The notes below the pieces were generated by a model that searched no databases, was not told the origin of the DNA, and worked only from the letters and a program-made list of their open reading frames with translations. Positions 11,446 to 23,797 of a stretch of 64,000 nt of DNA are shown here, piece after piece. How positions within the stretch are numbered: position 1 is the first letter of the stretch; each line of letters begins with the position of its first letter. The stretch lies in NCBI GenBank assembly GCA_977862235.1, contig OZ374563.1, positions 124,001 through 188,000 of the forward strand, written 5' to 3'. The translations under genes were made by a program, and so were the position numbers. This DNA comes from Dudresnaya verticillata (lineage: Eukaryota).

Positions 11446-12650
11446 CTAGCAAAACACTGTAGTTTCAAGGCGGTTCCGTAAAACTTGTCCACACGAAGCG
11501 GCAGCAGCTTCCGTTGTACACGGCATGCAGAACAGGCTGTCCACAACAGACTGCGGTAACATAAAGTCCAATATGCACTGCGCTTTCGGCTTCATGAAGG
11601 AAGACGCAAAGTTCCCGTCCACCTCATTTGGCCCGGTGCACGTAAACAGTAAATTTGTCAAGGTTGTACCCCCAATAACAAAGTCGCCATCGCCGCTGAC
11701 CTCGCACCTGCAAGGCGGCACCACAGCTGCACATGATGTCGAGGGCGAAGCAGAGGGCGAAGCAGAGGGCGAAGCAGAGGGCGAGGATGATGCCGAGAGT
11801 GACGCCGAGGGTGACACCGACGGCGAAACCGACGGCAATGGTGTCATAGACGGCGTCGGACTTTGCGAAGCGCAAACTTCGGAGCACTGAGAGGAAGCCA
11901 GCTCGATCGTGAGTTGGCAACGCCTGCGATTCCTCTTGGCGCGGGAGATGCACTTCGGGCGCTTCGCCTTATTCAGCTGCGGCACTGGCGTCTGTCATCC
12001 TTGAACTGCTTTTTGCAGGCATTTTTGTTGCACCGCCCGCATCTCTTGGTCACCGCCTGACGGACATTCGATGAAGTGAGGGAAGCAGCGAATGTTTGTG
12101 AAACTTAAAAAGGGAAGGATGCACACTGAATGGATGGATTGCTGACGAAAGGGAAAGTGATGAGATAAAGTGGTATTGATAAGTTGGTAAGTGTTGTTGT
12201 GTTTCGATGGCTAGAACTACTGCAGACCTCGAAAAGGTCAGTATAAATAGACCAAAGCCTGCACTACATCGTAATCTGTCGCATGAATACAACTGTAGTA
12301 CTAGACGTAACATAAACCTAACAACAGCTAGTTCTGTCATACAGTAGCCGTGAACCGCTGGAATAATCGTAACAACATATCTAGTATGTAACTACTCAAC
12401 TGCTTGAACAAGAAGCAGTAAAACAAATACTATGAACGACAGTGCTTGAACGATAAACAGTAAAAACATATATGTTGAACGGCAGTGTTTGAACCATAAA
12501 CAGTAAAAACATATATATGTTGAACGGCAGTGCTTGAACCATAAACGGTACAACAAAAAGTAGTGTTTCAGCCATGATTGAACAGCTCTTCAAGCCAAGT
12601 TATTCAGAAACTGCCAGGACGAGGAGAGTGAAGAATAAGGGGAGCTTCAT
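11446..12650 (-). pseudogene. Disrupted paralogue of the secreted Cys-rich/Ser-Pro protein
   Basis: ATG at 12650 (MKLPLFFTLLVLAV). A 0.5-kb insertion interrupts the signal peptide. A 1-bp deletion lies near 11978 (GCCGCAGCTG vs GCCGCACGCTG). All C-terminal Cys residues are conserved. Confidence 0.85.
12105..12606. mobile_element. About 500-bp insertion (possible degenerate solo LTR) with internal 44-46-bp tandem repeats
   Basis: Absent from the paralogue. Flanked by direct repeat GAAAC(T) at 12100 and 12607. Ends ...TTATTCA. TATAAATA at 12242. TGAACGGCAGTG(C/T)TTGAACCATAAAC repeats at about 12430-12550. Confidence 0.6.
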
Positions 12651-13333
12651 GACGTTGTGGGTCAGATGAGCACTGCAGTGTGCAGTTGCTTGCGGAAGGT
12701 GCGACGACGGGCAACAAACAGAACGAATCGCATGTGCAGATTGAGGTCAAGAGGTCTTATACAGCTTCACTTCTGCTTGTTCGACCTCCACGTCTTGTAA
12801 CAGCAGTGAACTATAAAAGAGGTCACGCCCTATCACCACAATGGACTACGGTCTTTCTGATTCATTTGCGCAACCAGGGGTGTTTGATTTGCGTAGTTTT
12901 CCCGCGACTTTGGTACAGAACATGTTTCCCATCTCCAAGACATTCGTTTATTTCAATAACAATTAACTGGTGTGCAAGTCCTTCATTCATACTCTAAATT
13001 AGAGACTGTGGCACAAGCCTCTCAACACGACGCTGTCAGAAGGATCTGAAAGTGTGGCGACAAGTCCTACATTGTATAATGACGAAATCGAGATGTGCAA
13101 GGACTAACCTTCTCGACGCCTCGTCCAGTTTCCCTCCAAAGGATTCAGAGACACTAATATTCTCAACTCCTCGTCGCCCAGTTTCCCGCCAAAAGATATA
13201 GTACCTTGTATTGCACTAAAACTCCCCTTTTTCTCTTTATGTTATTGTTAGTGTGATTTGGATAGCAAACCTAGTGAAGTGTGCGGAGCTTTCAACGACA
13301 AGCTAACCTGTTTTCTTCCATGTCGGTGAGTGA

Positions 13334-13926
13334 TGTTATAGATTTAGATTACAGCGCACAATACATTTCTTGGATCCGACTTTCTCTCCAGAAACGCTAT
13401 TTGATAGGAGAGAGGAGACCTTTATTAAAGAACAAGAGAGAAGCCCCTTAAGGGGGCTTAGGATTCAGAGCTACCATAAAGACGCGGAGGAGCAAGCTTG
13501 CGGCGGTTGACACTCACCGCGACGCATTGGAGAACTAAAGAGAGTAAACCAGTAGTGAGGCGAAGTTTCTCCGTAGACGGAGAGGTCCCGCGCTTGCTAG
13601 CAATGAAATTAGCAATACGTTGGGCGCCAATTTCAAAGCCAGATCCAACACGGCCATTCAAAGCGTTGTGTTGGGGCTCCGTAGCCAATGCCAGACGGGG
13701 ATCACGGTGTAAGGTTTTTTGTTTTCCCTTGTTGTAGTAGGCCTGGTTCTCGTATGGTCATCTTTTCGTTGTACGTTTCGTACCCGTTTCTTTTTAGCTC
13801 CTGGCCGAAGCTTGGCCTATATACTGGTTCTGGACTACTTTTCAAGCAGGGCTTCCTTACTCTGCATCTAACTATATCGTACTTATTATACCTTATCGTC
13901 CTATCGTATCGCTCGTATCGCTAACA
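13334..13926 (+). mobile_element. Possible solo LTR
   Basis: TGTTA...TAACA termini and an internal TATATA. Lies in sequence absent from arm 1. No clean TSD. Confidence 0.3.
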
Positions 13927-15025
13927 GTAAACCGATAGGGCCTGCTGTCCTCTGTTCAAAGCCGCTATTGATACTGATACTACCCGGTTGTTTCTCTCTG
14001 CTGAGTACACAACATCTTTGTCTCTATTTCTGCTTTCAGAAAACTTTGTTGCTCCGATGCCAGTATTCACCACTTTGGAAGCAAAGGTTGAAATTTTCAT
14101 AGAGCTTGAACTTGACTTTGTACAACATAATCCACAGGCTTACAGCCATCAACGGTCTGCCTGTTGCATGATGCGACGGGGGCCCGCCTATGAAATTGCA
14201 CATACATTAGCACGGATGCTGTGACAGCTACATGAAACACACGCCCTCAAGCTTGCTGTCGGCAAGCGGCAGCAAGAAGGCTGCTGTTCGGTTGCAATGT
14301 GGGCCTCGGCCGATTACGGGGGCTCTGCCTGAGCAGGCCGACACCGAGCCCGGGAGTCAAACGTGGGATTGGTACAATGGATAGTTTAACTGTAGGAGGC
14401 CTTTTCCAAGGCGAATATGGACTCGGAGGGATTGCAGATCAGTATCGAACGATCAGCTTTTGATCGGGACAGGTCAGCGGGTTGACGCAAGAATCGTGCA
14501 TGCTGCAAAATTTAGGCCTTATATTCCGACTCTGCCACGCAGATACGTCCATCTGCGGGAAGCATCATGGCTTGAGTTATTTCTCATTCTACGGGAATTG
14601 CAACTCGGGACTCGCCAAGTGTTGTCATAACATTGGGTGACGTCACGCGCCGTGGTAGCGTAACGCTCACCATTGGGTGACGTGACGATGGCGTGCTTTA
14701 GGCGGCCAGTCGTATCGCGGAGTGACGAACTTCTCCACGGTCAATTTACCATCTCGCAACTGCCGGAGAACTGAAAGGAACTGCAGAGAAACAAAGGTCT
14801 GCACTTAAAACTGCCCACTGTTGCCATTCCGCATAAATCCCACAGCTTTAAAATAGTTGCGATGCAGAAAGCGCCCTGCAGGCCAGAAAGCTCTGCCAGG
14901 CACTATCTCAGCAGTTCCTGAACGATGCGGCTGGGACGACTGTCACGACCGTCACAAATAGTGAATACCGTACTGCATCTAAATTAAATAAGGGAACTAT
15001 ACAATACTGTTATCAACTGTACAGT

Positions 15026-15473
15026 TGTCGTTTGCTGGAAATGATCTGACATAGAGCTGTTCAGAAGGGACGAGGAGGTAAGGCTGGGCGGCTAGTCGAA
15101 TCGGCACGGTTGCCGGTCAGGTCCGTTCCTTTTTTCCTCTCGTTTATCAGTCTAGCAATGAGGAGTCTGCTTAAATGCTGTTCTCGTTTTCTCCTCTCTG
15201 GGCTGTAGCGCCCTTTTCGCGGCGATACACTTCGGCGATGCTTTCATGAGCATTTGTTCGCGAATTGTGCTAGCACTTATTCCGGTTGCACATTTGCCTT
15301 GGTGAAGGGGCGTGAGTATTTGTATTCGTGAGTGTGCGAATTGGCCTGGTGGTTCTCGTGCTCGTCGATTAGCATTGCATTGTCTTGCTTTCGTTTCGTA
15401 TTGCATTTCCTCGTAGTGCTCGTGAGCTGGCTTTGCTTTGTATTGCTTTCGATTTGTTGTGCTGCGTTTGACA
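15026..15473 (-). repeat. Copia 3' LTR
   Basis: About 6 differences from 34428-34875 by eye. Preceded on the minus strand by the PPT. Confidence 0.95.
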
Positions 15474-15657
15474 TGTCCCCCAGTCATCTCATTAACATCT
15501 TGTTACACAAATGTATAGAGGTGACTTAAGTTAATGGAAATGCCGGGGACTTGGTTGCTTGCGTCGATGTAGCCCCTTTAGTGAGGATCGGAATGCGTAG
15601 GGCCGGATGGTCTTCGAGTTGGTAATTCGGCTGGAGATTGTTGTGATGAGGTGACGT

Positions 15658-15811
15658 TTATGTACATGTTGCACTATCCAATTCGTAACCAGTATCGAGG
15701 CTTATAGTGAGTTTCCCGCTAGTTACAACTTCGTTAAGCATGCGAAAGCTCTTTGTGTTCCTCTTGGTTAGGAAGTCTGCGACGTTTATGCCACCAGGGA
15801 TCCATCTCAGG
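15658..15811 (-). pseudogene. pol: Copia RNase H C-terminal end
   Basis: LRWIPGGINVADFLTKRN joins in frame to ...FEARDLDVL at 29248 once the insertion and one TCAGG copy are removed. Confidence 0.9.
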
Positions 15812-15820
15812 TGTGGTGTA

Positions 15821-16668
15821 TGTGGTATAGACGCTATTCGTGAAATGACTCCGTGATCTACGCAAAAATAACCGAGAAATACGAATTTCGAAGTGACTTC
15901 GTGAATGCGCACGCCACGATGGCACACGTATTACAGAGCGCATACTTTGCCAGCGCCACGATGGCATACGCATTATAGCACGCACGTGATACGAAATCGC
16001 TGACACCTCCGGATGAATCCCGATCCGACGTCGTGATCGCGCGCGCCACGATGGCATTCGCATTACAGTGCGCACCCGATACGAAATCGCTGACACCTTC
16101 GTGACTTTCCCGTTCTTTCCCGCGCGTAACGGCACCGCGGCCCACGCGACACGCGCACCTCCGTATGCATCGCTGGCGCACTTCGCAACCGCCACCATAC
16201 GTGAGGCGACCGTTCGTTGGCACCGAGGCCGTTACGAATCATTCGAGTACGAAACCGTCTCCCGCGTTGACGCGTATTCGTGCTCCCGTAGTGCTACTTA
16301 GTAGCCAGTCGTCTGGCACAACCTCCGAGGGTTCCCGGAGAAGCGACTAGCGCCCGGACCTCGGAGTCTTCGGTAAACGCCTGTTTCTTCGAGTTCGGTG
16401 TCTTCGTCTGCGTGACCACGGATACGGTCGAGCCTCGCTTTCGATAGCCCCGCGCACCCGGGGTCATCCCCGGTGATCGATCGCTCGAGTTCTCGCTTCC
16501 GCACACGAATACGTTGACACCGTAGTCCTTCGTGTTGGTCGCTCCGCTCTACCACGCTACCACCCCTTTTCGTTTCTCCGTTAGGCTACGAGGCCATTCG
16601 TTAGGCTCCGAGGCCATTCCTTACAGTGCGAGACTTCCCCGCGTCACCGTGGACTTCGTTATACCACA
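15821..16668 (+). repeat. Element A 5' LTR
   Basis: About 98% identical to 27748-28595 by eye. Internal repeats CGCCACGATGGCA (x3) and GATACGAAATCGCTGACACCT (x2). Confidence 0.97.
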
Positions 16669-16669
16669 C

Positions 16670-16685
16670 TGGTCTCCCGACCTAG
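16670..16685 (+). promoter_or_regulatory. Element A primer binding site TGGTCTCCCGACCTAG (possibly tRNA-Tyr)
   Basis: TGG lies 1 nt after the LTR. The complement ...CGGGAGACCA resembles a tRNA-Tyr 3' end; the tRNA identity is inference. Confidence 0.65.
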
Positions 16686-16739
16686 AACGTGGTCCCGAAG
16701 TTTCGCATTTATTCGTAATTCGTTTCTATCCGAGACACG

Positions 16740-19127
16740 ATGTCTCACGCTCCGAGTCGTCCCGATTCGCCGGTACCGAAACCCGATGACGTACCGATTC
16801 CGGAGCTCCCGTTGTTCGACTCGAACGCGAGTGACCGAGAACCGTTTTCTCGCACTCGCGCTTCACGAATAACGGTACCCGATCTTCGCACAGACTCGCG
16901 TTCGCAGGCTCACGGTAGCCAGTCCGACCTCTCGTATACGTACACTCCGTTGGAAATCGTTCCCTCGGATACCGTCGATCGGCTCTTCTCGATGAAGCAC
17001 GTCTCCGGTTCCGAATTACGTTTACTCTACGAAGAGGTCATCGATGCGCTTTCTACCGCGTACCGTATCACGCAGCTTTCGATTCGTAATACGCACAATC
17101 GAGTTCACGAAGAGTTTAACAATCTCCGCGCTGGCAAGGTCCGTAGGATCGAAGACTCACTCGAGAGTCTCCGGGATCTCGTCTCGGGAGTCAGCAATCG
17201 GTTTCTCGTGCTCGAGCGCAACGTATCCGCCCCCGTGGGCAAGGCGAGTCACTCGCTTCCCGTTCGCAGCTCGCACGCATTCTCCGAGGAACAGTTGAAC
17301 GCTATTCGTGACATCGTGTCCGCAGCGTTACCGAAGTCTCGAAGTCGCGAAGATCATTCCGAAGCCCGTCCTGACCCCCGCAATTCGCCGCTGGTTCAAC
17401 CCGTGCAAGGCCCGGGTGCCCAATCTACGTTACCGAAAAACCCGTATCCGAATCCGTCCCCGCACGCTTTATCGAATCAGGCAACCGATGCCTCCGACAA
17501 CCCCCGTATCAACCCCGCAGTATTCCGAGATTCGCTTCAACAACCAATGTCCCCCGGAGGACCCGTAATCGAAAATACGTTAGCGCTCGCGGGACCCGTG
17601 TCATCGTTCTGGCACTGGGGACCGCTCGAGCCGGGCGTCGAACCGATACCGACGCTCATTCCCGAATTCGCGCGGGCCGTAAGCTATCGATCGTATCGAC
17701 TCACGAATTCGTCACCTCGGGATAATCAACACGAAGTATTCCGAGGTAACACGTCGAAAACCGTTTCACGCATGCGTTCGATGATGCCGAGACTCGAGAA
17801 GTTCACGGGACGCGACCCGATTAAGGTTCTCGCATTTCTTCGTGATATTCGACAAGCGCTGAACGGAGTCGGGCTTTCCGAAGGAGCAGCGGTTCGTACG
17901 ATTTCGTGGTTTCTCGATGAGACCGCGCTCAAGGTGTATCAACACTATGCCTTCGGAGGCGTTCGTACGGGCAACCCGGTTTGCTGGTCCGCGATCGTGA
18001 ACGTGTTACTACAACGATTTCTCACAGAAGACGTAATCGCAGACGCACACGATCGCGTGATAACCACGAAGCAGAAGTCCGATGAAACCGAGATGGAGTT
18101 CGCGACTCGCTTGCAAGGCTACGCGGATGTCTGCTCCGGTGTCTACGATGACTCTTCGTTAACGCACCAGTTTATTCGTGGATTACTACCTACTACGTAT
18201 CCTATCGTGGCCGACCAGGTGCGATGCCTACCGCTGTCCGAGCAGAAGAATTTTATGAGCGTGCAACGAATCGCGCAAGCCGAAGGCACGACATCCCGAG
18301 CTCGCGAACTACGTGACACCGCGGCCCAACAGTCGCGTGATTCGAAGAACCGAGTGTCTCCTACGTACCCGAAGAGTCGCCAAGCGCCCGGACGCACGAT
18401 GCTTATCGAAGCTTGCGACACTCCCGGGAGTGAATACAAGTACCCGATGAACGAAGATCCGCAAATGGCCGTGATGATGATTCGTTCAGGAACCGGGTCC
18501 ACATCCGCTACACCGACTACTTCGACAACGGTCTCCGTGGACGATACGTTAGATCTCACGAGTCGCATCGAGCGTTTCGTACCCGCACGTGTCCCACCGA
18601 TGACCCCGGAGCAAATCGAGATGGCGCGTTCGATGATACCGAAGAATCAAGATGGGTGGCCGTGTTGGTTCTGTCGCGAAATCGGTCACCTCATGTATTC
18701 GTGTCCGTATCTCACGAAGGAGCAAAAACTCTATTGCGCGTACCAGAACTACATGTACCAACTCGAAACGAGACCGTATACGCGTAATAACTTCGTGAAT
18801 CGCGGCGCATCAAGAGGGAATTCGTTCGCGTCCGTTGACAATCGAGGTCACAGTGGACAAGACTCCCGAGGACCACGTGACAATCGCGTGAACCGAGATC
18901 TTCGTCAAGGCGATACGCGCTACCCGAGGGACCGAGCCCAGCGTCAAGTCAGCTTCGAGCGTCGAGGGCCGCCGACCGTCCTCCGCAATCCGAGACACGC
19001 GCAGGCCCCGGGCCGTCAACCGGTTCTCGCAGTCCGTGAAGACGTTGATGCGATTGAGCCGAGTCACCCGAACCTGCCCTCGGAGGCTTACGAAGACTCC
19101 GCGAACAACGGAAGAGGTGATCGATAA
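16740..19127 (+). CDS. gag: Gypsy Gag (795 aa) with CCHC zinc knuckle
   Basis: CWFCREIGHLMYSC knuckle, KQKSDETEMEFATRL major-homology-like region, and position just after the PBS. Confidence 0.9.
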   Translation: MSHAPSRPDSPVPKPDDVPIPELPLFDSNASDREPFSRTRASRITVPDLRTDSRSQAHGSQSDLSYTYTPLEIVPSDTVDRLFSMKHVSGSELRLLYEEVIDALSTAYRITQLSIRNTHNRVHEEFNNLRAGKVRRIEDSLESLRDLVSGVSNRFLVLERNVSAPVGKASHSLPVRSSHAFSEEQLNAIRDIVSAALPKSRSREDHSEARPDPRNSPLVQPVQGPGAQSTLPKNPYPNPSPHALSNQATDASDNPRINPAVFRDSLQQPMSPGGPVIENTLALAGPVSSFWHWGPLEPGVEPIPTLIPEFARAVSYRSYRLTNSSPRDNQHEVFRGNTSKTVSRMRSMMPRLEKFTGRDPIKVLAFLRDIRQALNGVGLSEGAAVRTISWFLDETALKVYQHYAFGGVRTGNPVCWSAIVNVLLQRFLTEDVIADAHDRVITTKQKSDETEMEFATRLQGYADVCSGVYDDSSLTHQFIRGLLPTTYPIVADQVRCLPLSEQKNFMSVQRIAQAEGTTSRARELRDTAAQQSRDSKNRVSPTYPKSRQAPGRTMLIEACDTPGSEYKYPMNEDPQMAVMMIRSGTGSTSATPTTSTTVSVDDTLDLTSRIERFVPARVPPMTPEQIEMARSMIPKNQDGWPCWFCREIGHLMYSCPYLTKEQKLYCAYQNYMYQLETRPYTRNNFVNRGASRGNSFASVDNRGHSGQDSRGPRDNRVNRDLRQGDTRYPRDRAQRQVSFERRGPPTVLRNPRHAQAPGRQPVLAVREDVDAIEPSHPNLPSEAYEDSANNGRGDR

Positions 19128-19207
19128 ACCTCCCCATTGGACGCGGACGCTCGCAATTCGGATTCTAGTTCGAGTTCGGAAAACGAGTAAAGGCGAAGAC
19201 GCCCGTT

Positions 19208-22200
19208 GTGTCACGTACTTCGTCTGAATCCGTTCCCCGAGACACCCCGCGTATTCCGATTCCGAGGGCCGCTGCGATGCGAAGGAAGCGCGCTGCACGA
19301 CGACGAGACCGAAAGCGATGTCGAGTCCTCGCGAAAGACGCTTCGTGCGAAAACAATTCGAAGAAGATACCGATCTCGAAGATCGAACTCGAAGTTACCA
19401 CCGAGGGATACGTTTGCTTGATGACTTCGGGGATCTTCCTCGTGACCGGGTCCATTGCCCTCGATGCCTCCGTAATGACGCCGCATACGATTGCAGTCGA
19501 TACGTGTTCCGGTTACAACCTAATAGCCCGGGCTGCGTTACCCACCGGTTGGGAAGCGAACGCGTCCACGATGGAATCAGCTCCGAGGCTCGCGTCCGCT
19601 GATCGCACCCCGTTGCGACTCGATGGTATCGTTTACCTGACAGTCCGCCTTGGGAACGTTCGATACCGCGTACCCTTCGTGGTTGCGGAGAAACTCGCAG
19701 TCGATGTTCTCCTTGGAACTTCGTGGATGGACGCGCATTTACGAAGCATCGAGCTCAGCCCACGGAGGCTCATCACGAAGAGTGAAAGCACGATTCCGAT
19801 TATCAATCGCACTGCTGGATCTGCTCAGCCCGCAATTAATTCGAAAAATCCGAAGCAAAAAACCGAGAAAACGCTATCGAAGCGACGTCAACGCGAGCTC
19901 CACGATTGGGACCGAGACACCCGTACCATTCGTTTGAACCGCCGCGTCACCATACCGAGTTATTCGCAGAAGCTAGTCACCGTGACCTCGGAAGCACTCG
20001 GACTAATTCATATCGAACCGAAGCCTTCGTTACAACACCGACACGGAGTACGGTTAACGAACGGGATACACGAAGTCAGCCCGAATCGCGAGTTTTCGGT
20101 GTTGATAGCGAACTTCACGGATAAGCCTCGAGCCCTACCGAAGGGAACCGTCATCGGATACGCAGCTCGAAACCCGCTCGCAATTCTGACACCCGATCGC
20201 GAAGTCGCGGATTCGCTTTCCAAGGTGCTCAACATCTCTACGCTACGTGAGCACAACGACTCGAAGTCACCCGAAGAATCCGTATCCACGAAGGAAAAAC
20301 CGCTCACGAAGGGCGCCGCGACTGCAGCAGCAGAAGCCAATTCGAGTTCCCGCGATTGGGAAGAACGCGTAGATCTTTCGAACATACCCGACGAAACTAT
20401 GCGAAACGAGGTCCTCGAGATGCTACATAAGCACGAATCGATGTGGAACGGAGACCTCGGAACGATCGCAGCCACGGAGCATCGGATCGATCCACAACCC
20501 GGGACTCGACCTATTCGTTCGATGCCCTACCATCAAGGGCCTGCAATACGTGAAATCGTCCGTAACGAAATCGACAGTATGCTCGAAGCCGGAGTTATCG
20601 AACCAGCCACCTCGGAGTGGGCGTCCCCCGTAGCCCTCGCACCGAAGAAAGACGGAACACTTCGTTTTTGCGTAGATTACCGCAGACTCAATACGAAGAC
20701 GCTATCCGACGCGTACCCACTTCCCCGGATGGAAGATTGTATCGATTCACTCGGAGACGCTTCGATTTTCTCGACACTCTATTGTAACAGCGGATACTGG
20801 AAGATTCCGGTTGCCCCGGAAGACCGCGATAAGACTACGTTTACTTCGTTTCTCGGAACTTATCGCTATCTTCGTATGCCCTTCGGATTGAAAAACGCAC
20901 CCGCTACGTTTCAACGCGCACTCGATATCATTCTATCCGGAGTCCGTTGGCAGTGCTGTCTCGTTTACCTCGATGACGTGATCGTTTTCTCCGCAAATCT
21001 TCGTGAACACATCGCGCATCTCGATCAAGTTCTCACGCTACTTCGTAACTCCGGGGTTTCGCTCAAGATGAAGAAGTGCTTCCTCTTCCGAAAACGAGTC
21101 GACTATCTCGGACACGTAATTTCCCCGGGGAAGCTGAGTATGGCCGAGAAGAGCTCCGAAGCATTCCGATACGCGAAGTTCCCGAAGACACTCACGCAAG
21201 TCCGTTCGTTCCTCGGCGCGTGTAACGTATACCGAAGATTCGTGAAAGACTTCGCGAAAATTGCGCGACCATTGACGAACATGACGCGAAAGGACGCGGA
21301 TCCCGACTACGAGAATCCCACGGAGGATCAGGTTACCGCATTCGAAACGCTCAAACGGAAGCTCGTGTCACCGCCGATACTACGGTTACCGCAACTCGGG
21401 AAACGTTACATTATCGATACGGACGCGTCTGCGTATCAACTCGGATGCACGTTGCTACAGGAGCAAGATAACGAAGAATTCCAACCCGTGGGCTACTGAT
21501 CGTATTCGTTAAACGATGCCGAGAAGAACTACTCCGCAACCGAGCGCGAGTGCTACGCAGTCGTTTGGGCGGTTACTTCGTTGCGTCCGTATATCGAAGG
21601 GACCCGGTTCACCGTGCGTACGGACCACGATGCGCTCCGATGGCTTCTTTCTCTCACCGATTCGTCCGGGCGACTCACGCGATGGAGGTTTCGCTTAGCC
21701 GAATTCGACTTCGAAATCGTGTATCGCCCCGGTCGCGTCCACCAGATTCCCGATTCCCTCTCGCGATTGCTACTTCCGCATCGCGAACAGCCCGCAATCG
21801 ACGACGAAGTTCCTACGTTTGACTCGGATCAAATTGCAGCGAAGAACGAAGAACGTTTCCCCAACGACATTACGAAAACCATCGAAAACGAAAGAGACCC
21901 GGTTCTCATTACTACGCGATCCCGCAAACGTCAATCGAAGCCCACCGCGATTCGCCACGACTCTACGCGAAAGACTACACCCGCCACACGCGTACATCGA
22001 GCAGGCACTACGCCACGACCCACGGAGGTCACCACGGGTTCCGAACCCCACCATCATACGTGCCACGAAGGCTGCCAACAACACGACGCAGAACTACGTG
22101 ATGAATACGCAGGCCAAAAGGATGTCTACGATGACTGCGACTTATGGGACTATATCGATGACGATGATCCGTTTGACCTTTATCGAATTGACCCCAACGA

Positions 22201-23797
22201 AGAACCGAGTGACCTCACCGACGTGAAACCCGTGGAACTCCCTGCGCCGATTACGGTAACCGAAATCCTCGAAGGACAACGTATTGATTCGTTCTGCCAA
22301 ACGGTGCAATCACGACAATCGAAAACGAAGGATATTCTCTTTCACGAAGATGGAGACGGTCTCCTGCGACGAACGCACCCAACGATTCCGAAGCTAACGC
22401 AAATCGTATTGCCCGAGACGCTCCGACCTCGCTTGCTCACGCTGGCGCATCATTCGTTACTCGCTGGCCACCCGGGGCAAAATCTTATGTTCTACTCGCT
22501 TCGTGAAACGTATTACTGGCCTTACATGGCCGCCGATATCGCATCCACTGTTCGTAACTGCAAACATTGCGCAAGGAATCGAATCCGTCTCCGAAGGAAT
22601 CTTCATCGCTTGAAGCTCTTCCCCGCTACGCGCCCACTCGAATCGGTCGCGATTGACATCTTAGGCCCGTTTCCACGAATGAAATCCGGACGCAAGTTCA
22701 TTCTCGTGATTACGGATCGCTTTACGAAGTTGACCCAGGTGGCCACACTACGAGTAATAACCGCGTATCACGTGGCCGTTACCTTTTGCGAAGTTTGGAT
22801 ATTCAAGTACGGACCGCCAGTCTCGGTGCTCTCGGATAACGGGAAACAGTTTACTTCGAAGTTCTTTCAGGGCGTCTGTCGCTTACTCGGGTTATCGAAC
22901 GTATTCACTTCCGCGTATCATCCGCAAACGAATGGACAAACCGAACGCTATAACCGCACTATCCTCGCGATGCTTCGTAACTACGTGAACGACCACCAAA
23001 ACGATTGGGACCGCTACGTTTCCGCGTTAACGTATTCGTACAATTGCCACGTTCATCGGTCTACGAAGACAACTCTGTTCAATCTCGTTTTATCGCGACC
23101 GCCGCCCGAGTTCACCGTGAAACATCGCTCCCGAAAGCATCGCTCAAAACCCACGGAGGACCTTCGCAACGATTTCGTTAAGCGACTCGATTTAGCAATC
23201 GACTCCGCACGCACTTCGTTACAGCGAGTTCAGAATCGTTACAAACGCGACTTCGATAAGCGCATCCGCCACATGAAGAGCGGCGTCAAACCCGGAGACT
23301 ACGTGTACCTCGATACCCACGATGGGAAAACGAAACTTCCGAAGCTGAAATCCCCCGCGGAGGGGCCGTACAAAGTGCTCTTCAACGATACGCGTACACT
23401 CGTGATCGATCGCAAGGGCCTCGTCGAACGCGTCTCCGCGGAATGCTGCATCTACGCGCCACCCCCTACGAATACGCGACCGTCGATTACGCGACCCGAA
23501 GACATTGTGGAAAAGGTCAACGAAGGCCCCGAATACCTTGTCGATCGCATCCTCGCTCACTCGACCGACGAAGACGGGAAATTCGTGTTTCGTATCAAGT
23601 GGGACGGCTACGCGACGCCTACGTGGGAACCTCGTACGCACGTGCCCGAAGAACTCGTTTCGCGCTACTTCGCAAGGCTTCGAAGCCAAGCGGACCCGCG
23701 TGATCCCGTGCTACTTGCCCACGAATGGCTCTCCGACTGGGACCCCGAGTTGTTCCGTGGCCCCGACTTCGCAATCCGCACCCCGCAGCCCGAATAA
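19208..23797 (+). pseudogene. pol: Gypsy Pol (PR-RT-RNaseH-IN-chromodomain) with one in-frame stop
   Basis: Motifs VDTCSG, FCVDYRRLN, YLDD, DTDAS, HHCC, DILGP/SDNG/TER, GPY, and chromodomain EYLVDRIL...IKWDGY..PTWEP. TGA at 21497-21499 replaces W. The first catalytic RT Asp reads Y (STLYCNSGYW). Confidence 0.95.

Larger units (their letters stand above)
10382..15025 (-). repeat. Inverted duplication, arm 2 (continues at 34876-35140 beyond the Copia insertion)
   Basis: Reverse complement of arm 1, with insertions at 12105-12606 and about 12770-14330, and an extra diverged 3'-flank copy at 11074-11400. Confidence 0.8.

Noticed and set aside
12105..12610. Insertion as a GT-AG intron on the minus strand
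   Set aside because: Splicing at the available GT and AG would delete 1 nt and shift the frame. The gene also has a separate 1-bp deletion.
21497..21499. Programmed stop read-through in element A pol, or RIP-like mutation from repeated Trp-to-stop changes
   Set aside because: The stop replaces a conserved Trp within RNase H and the RT also has a catalytic D>Y change. TGG>TGA/TAG transitions are the expected commonest nonsense changes and their contexts are mixed.
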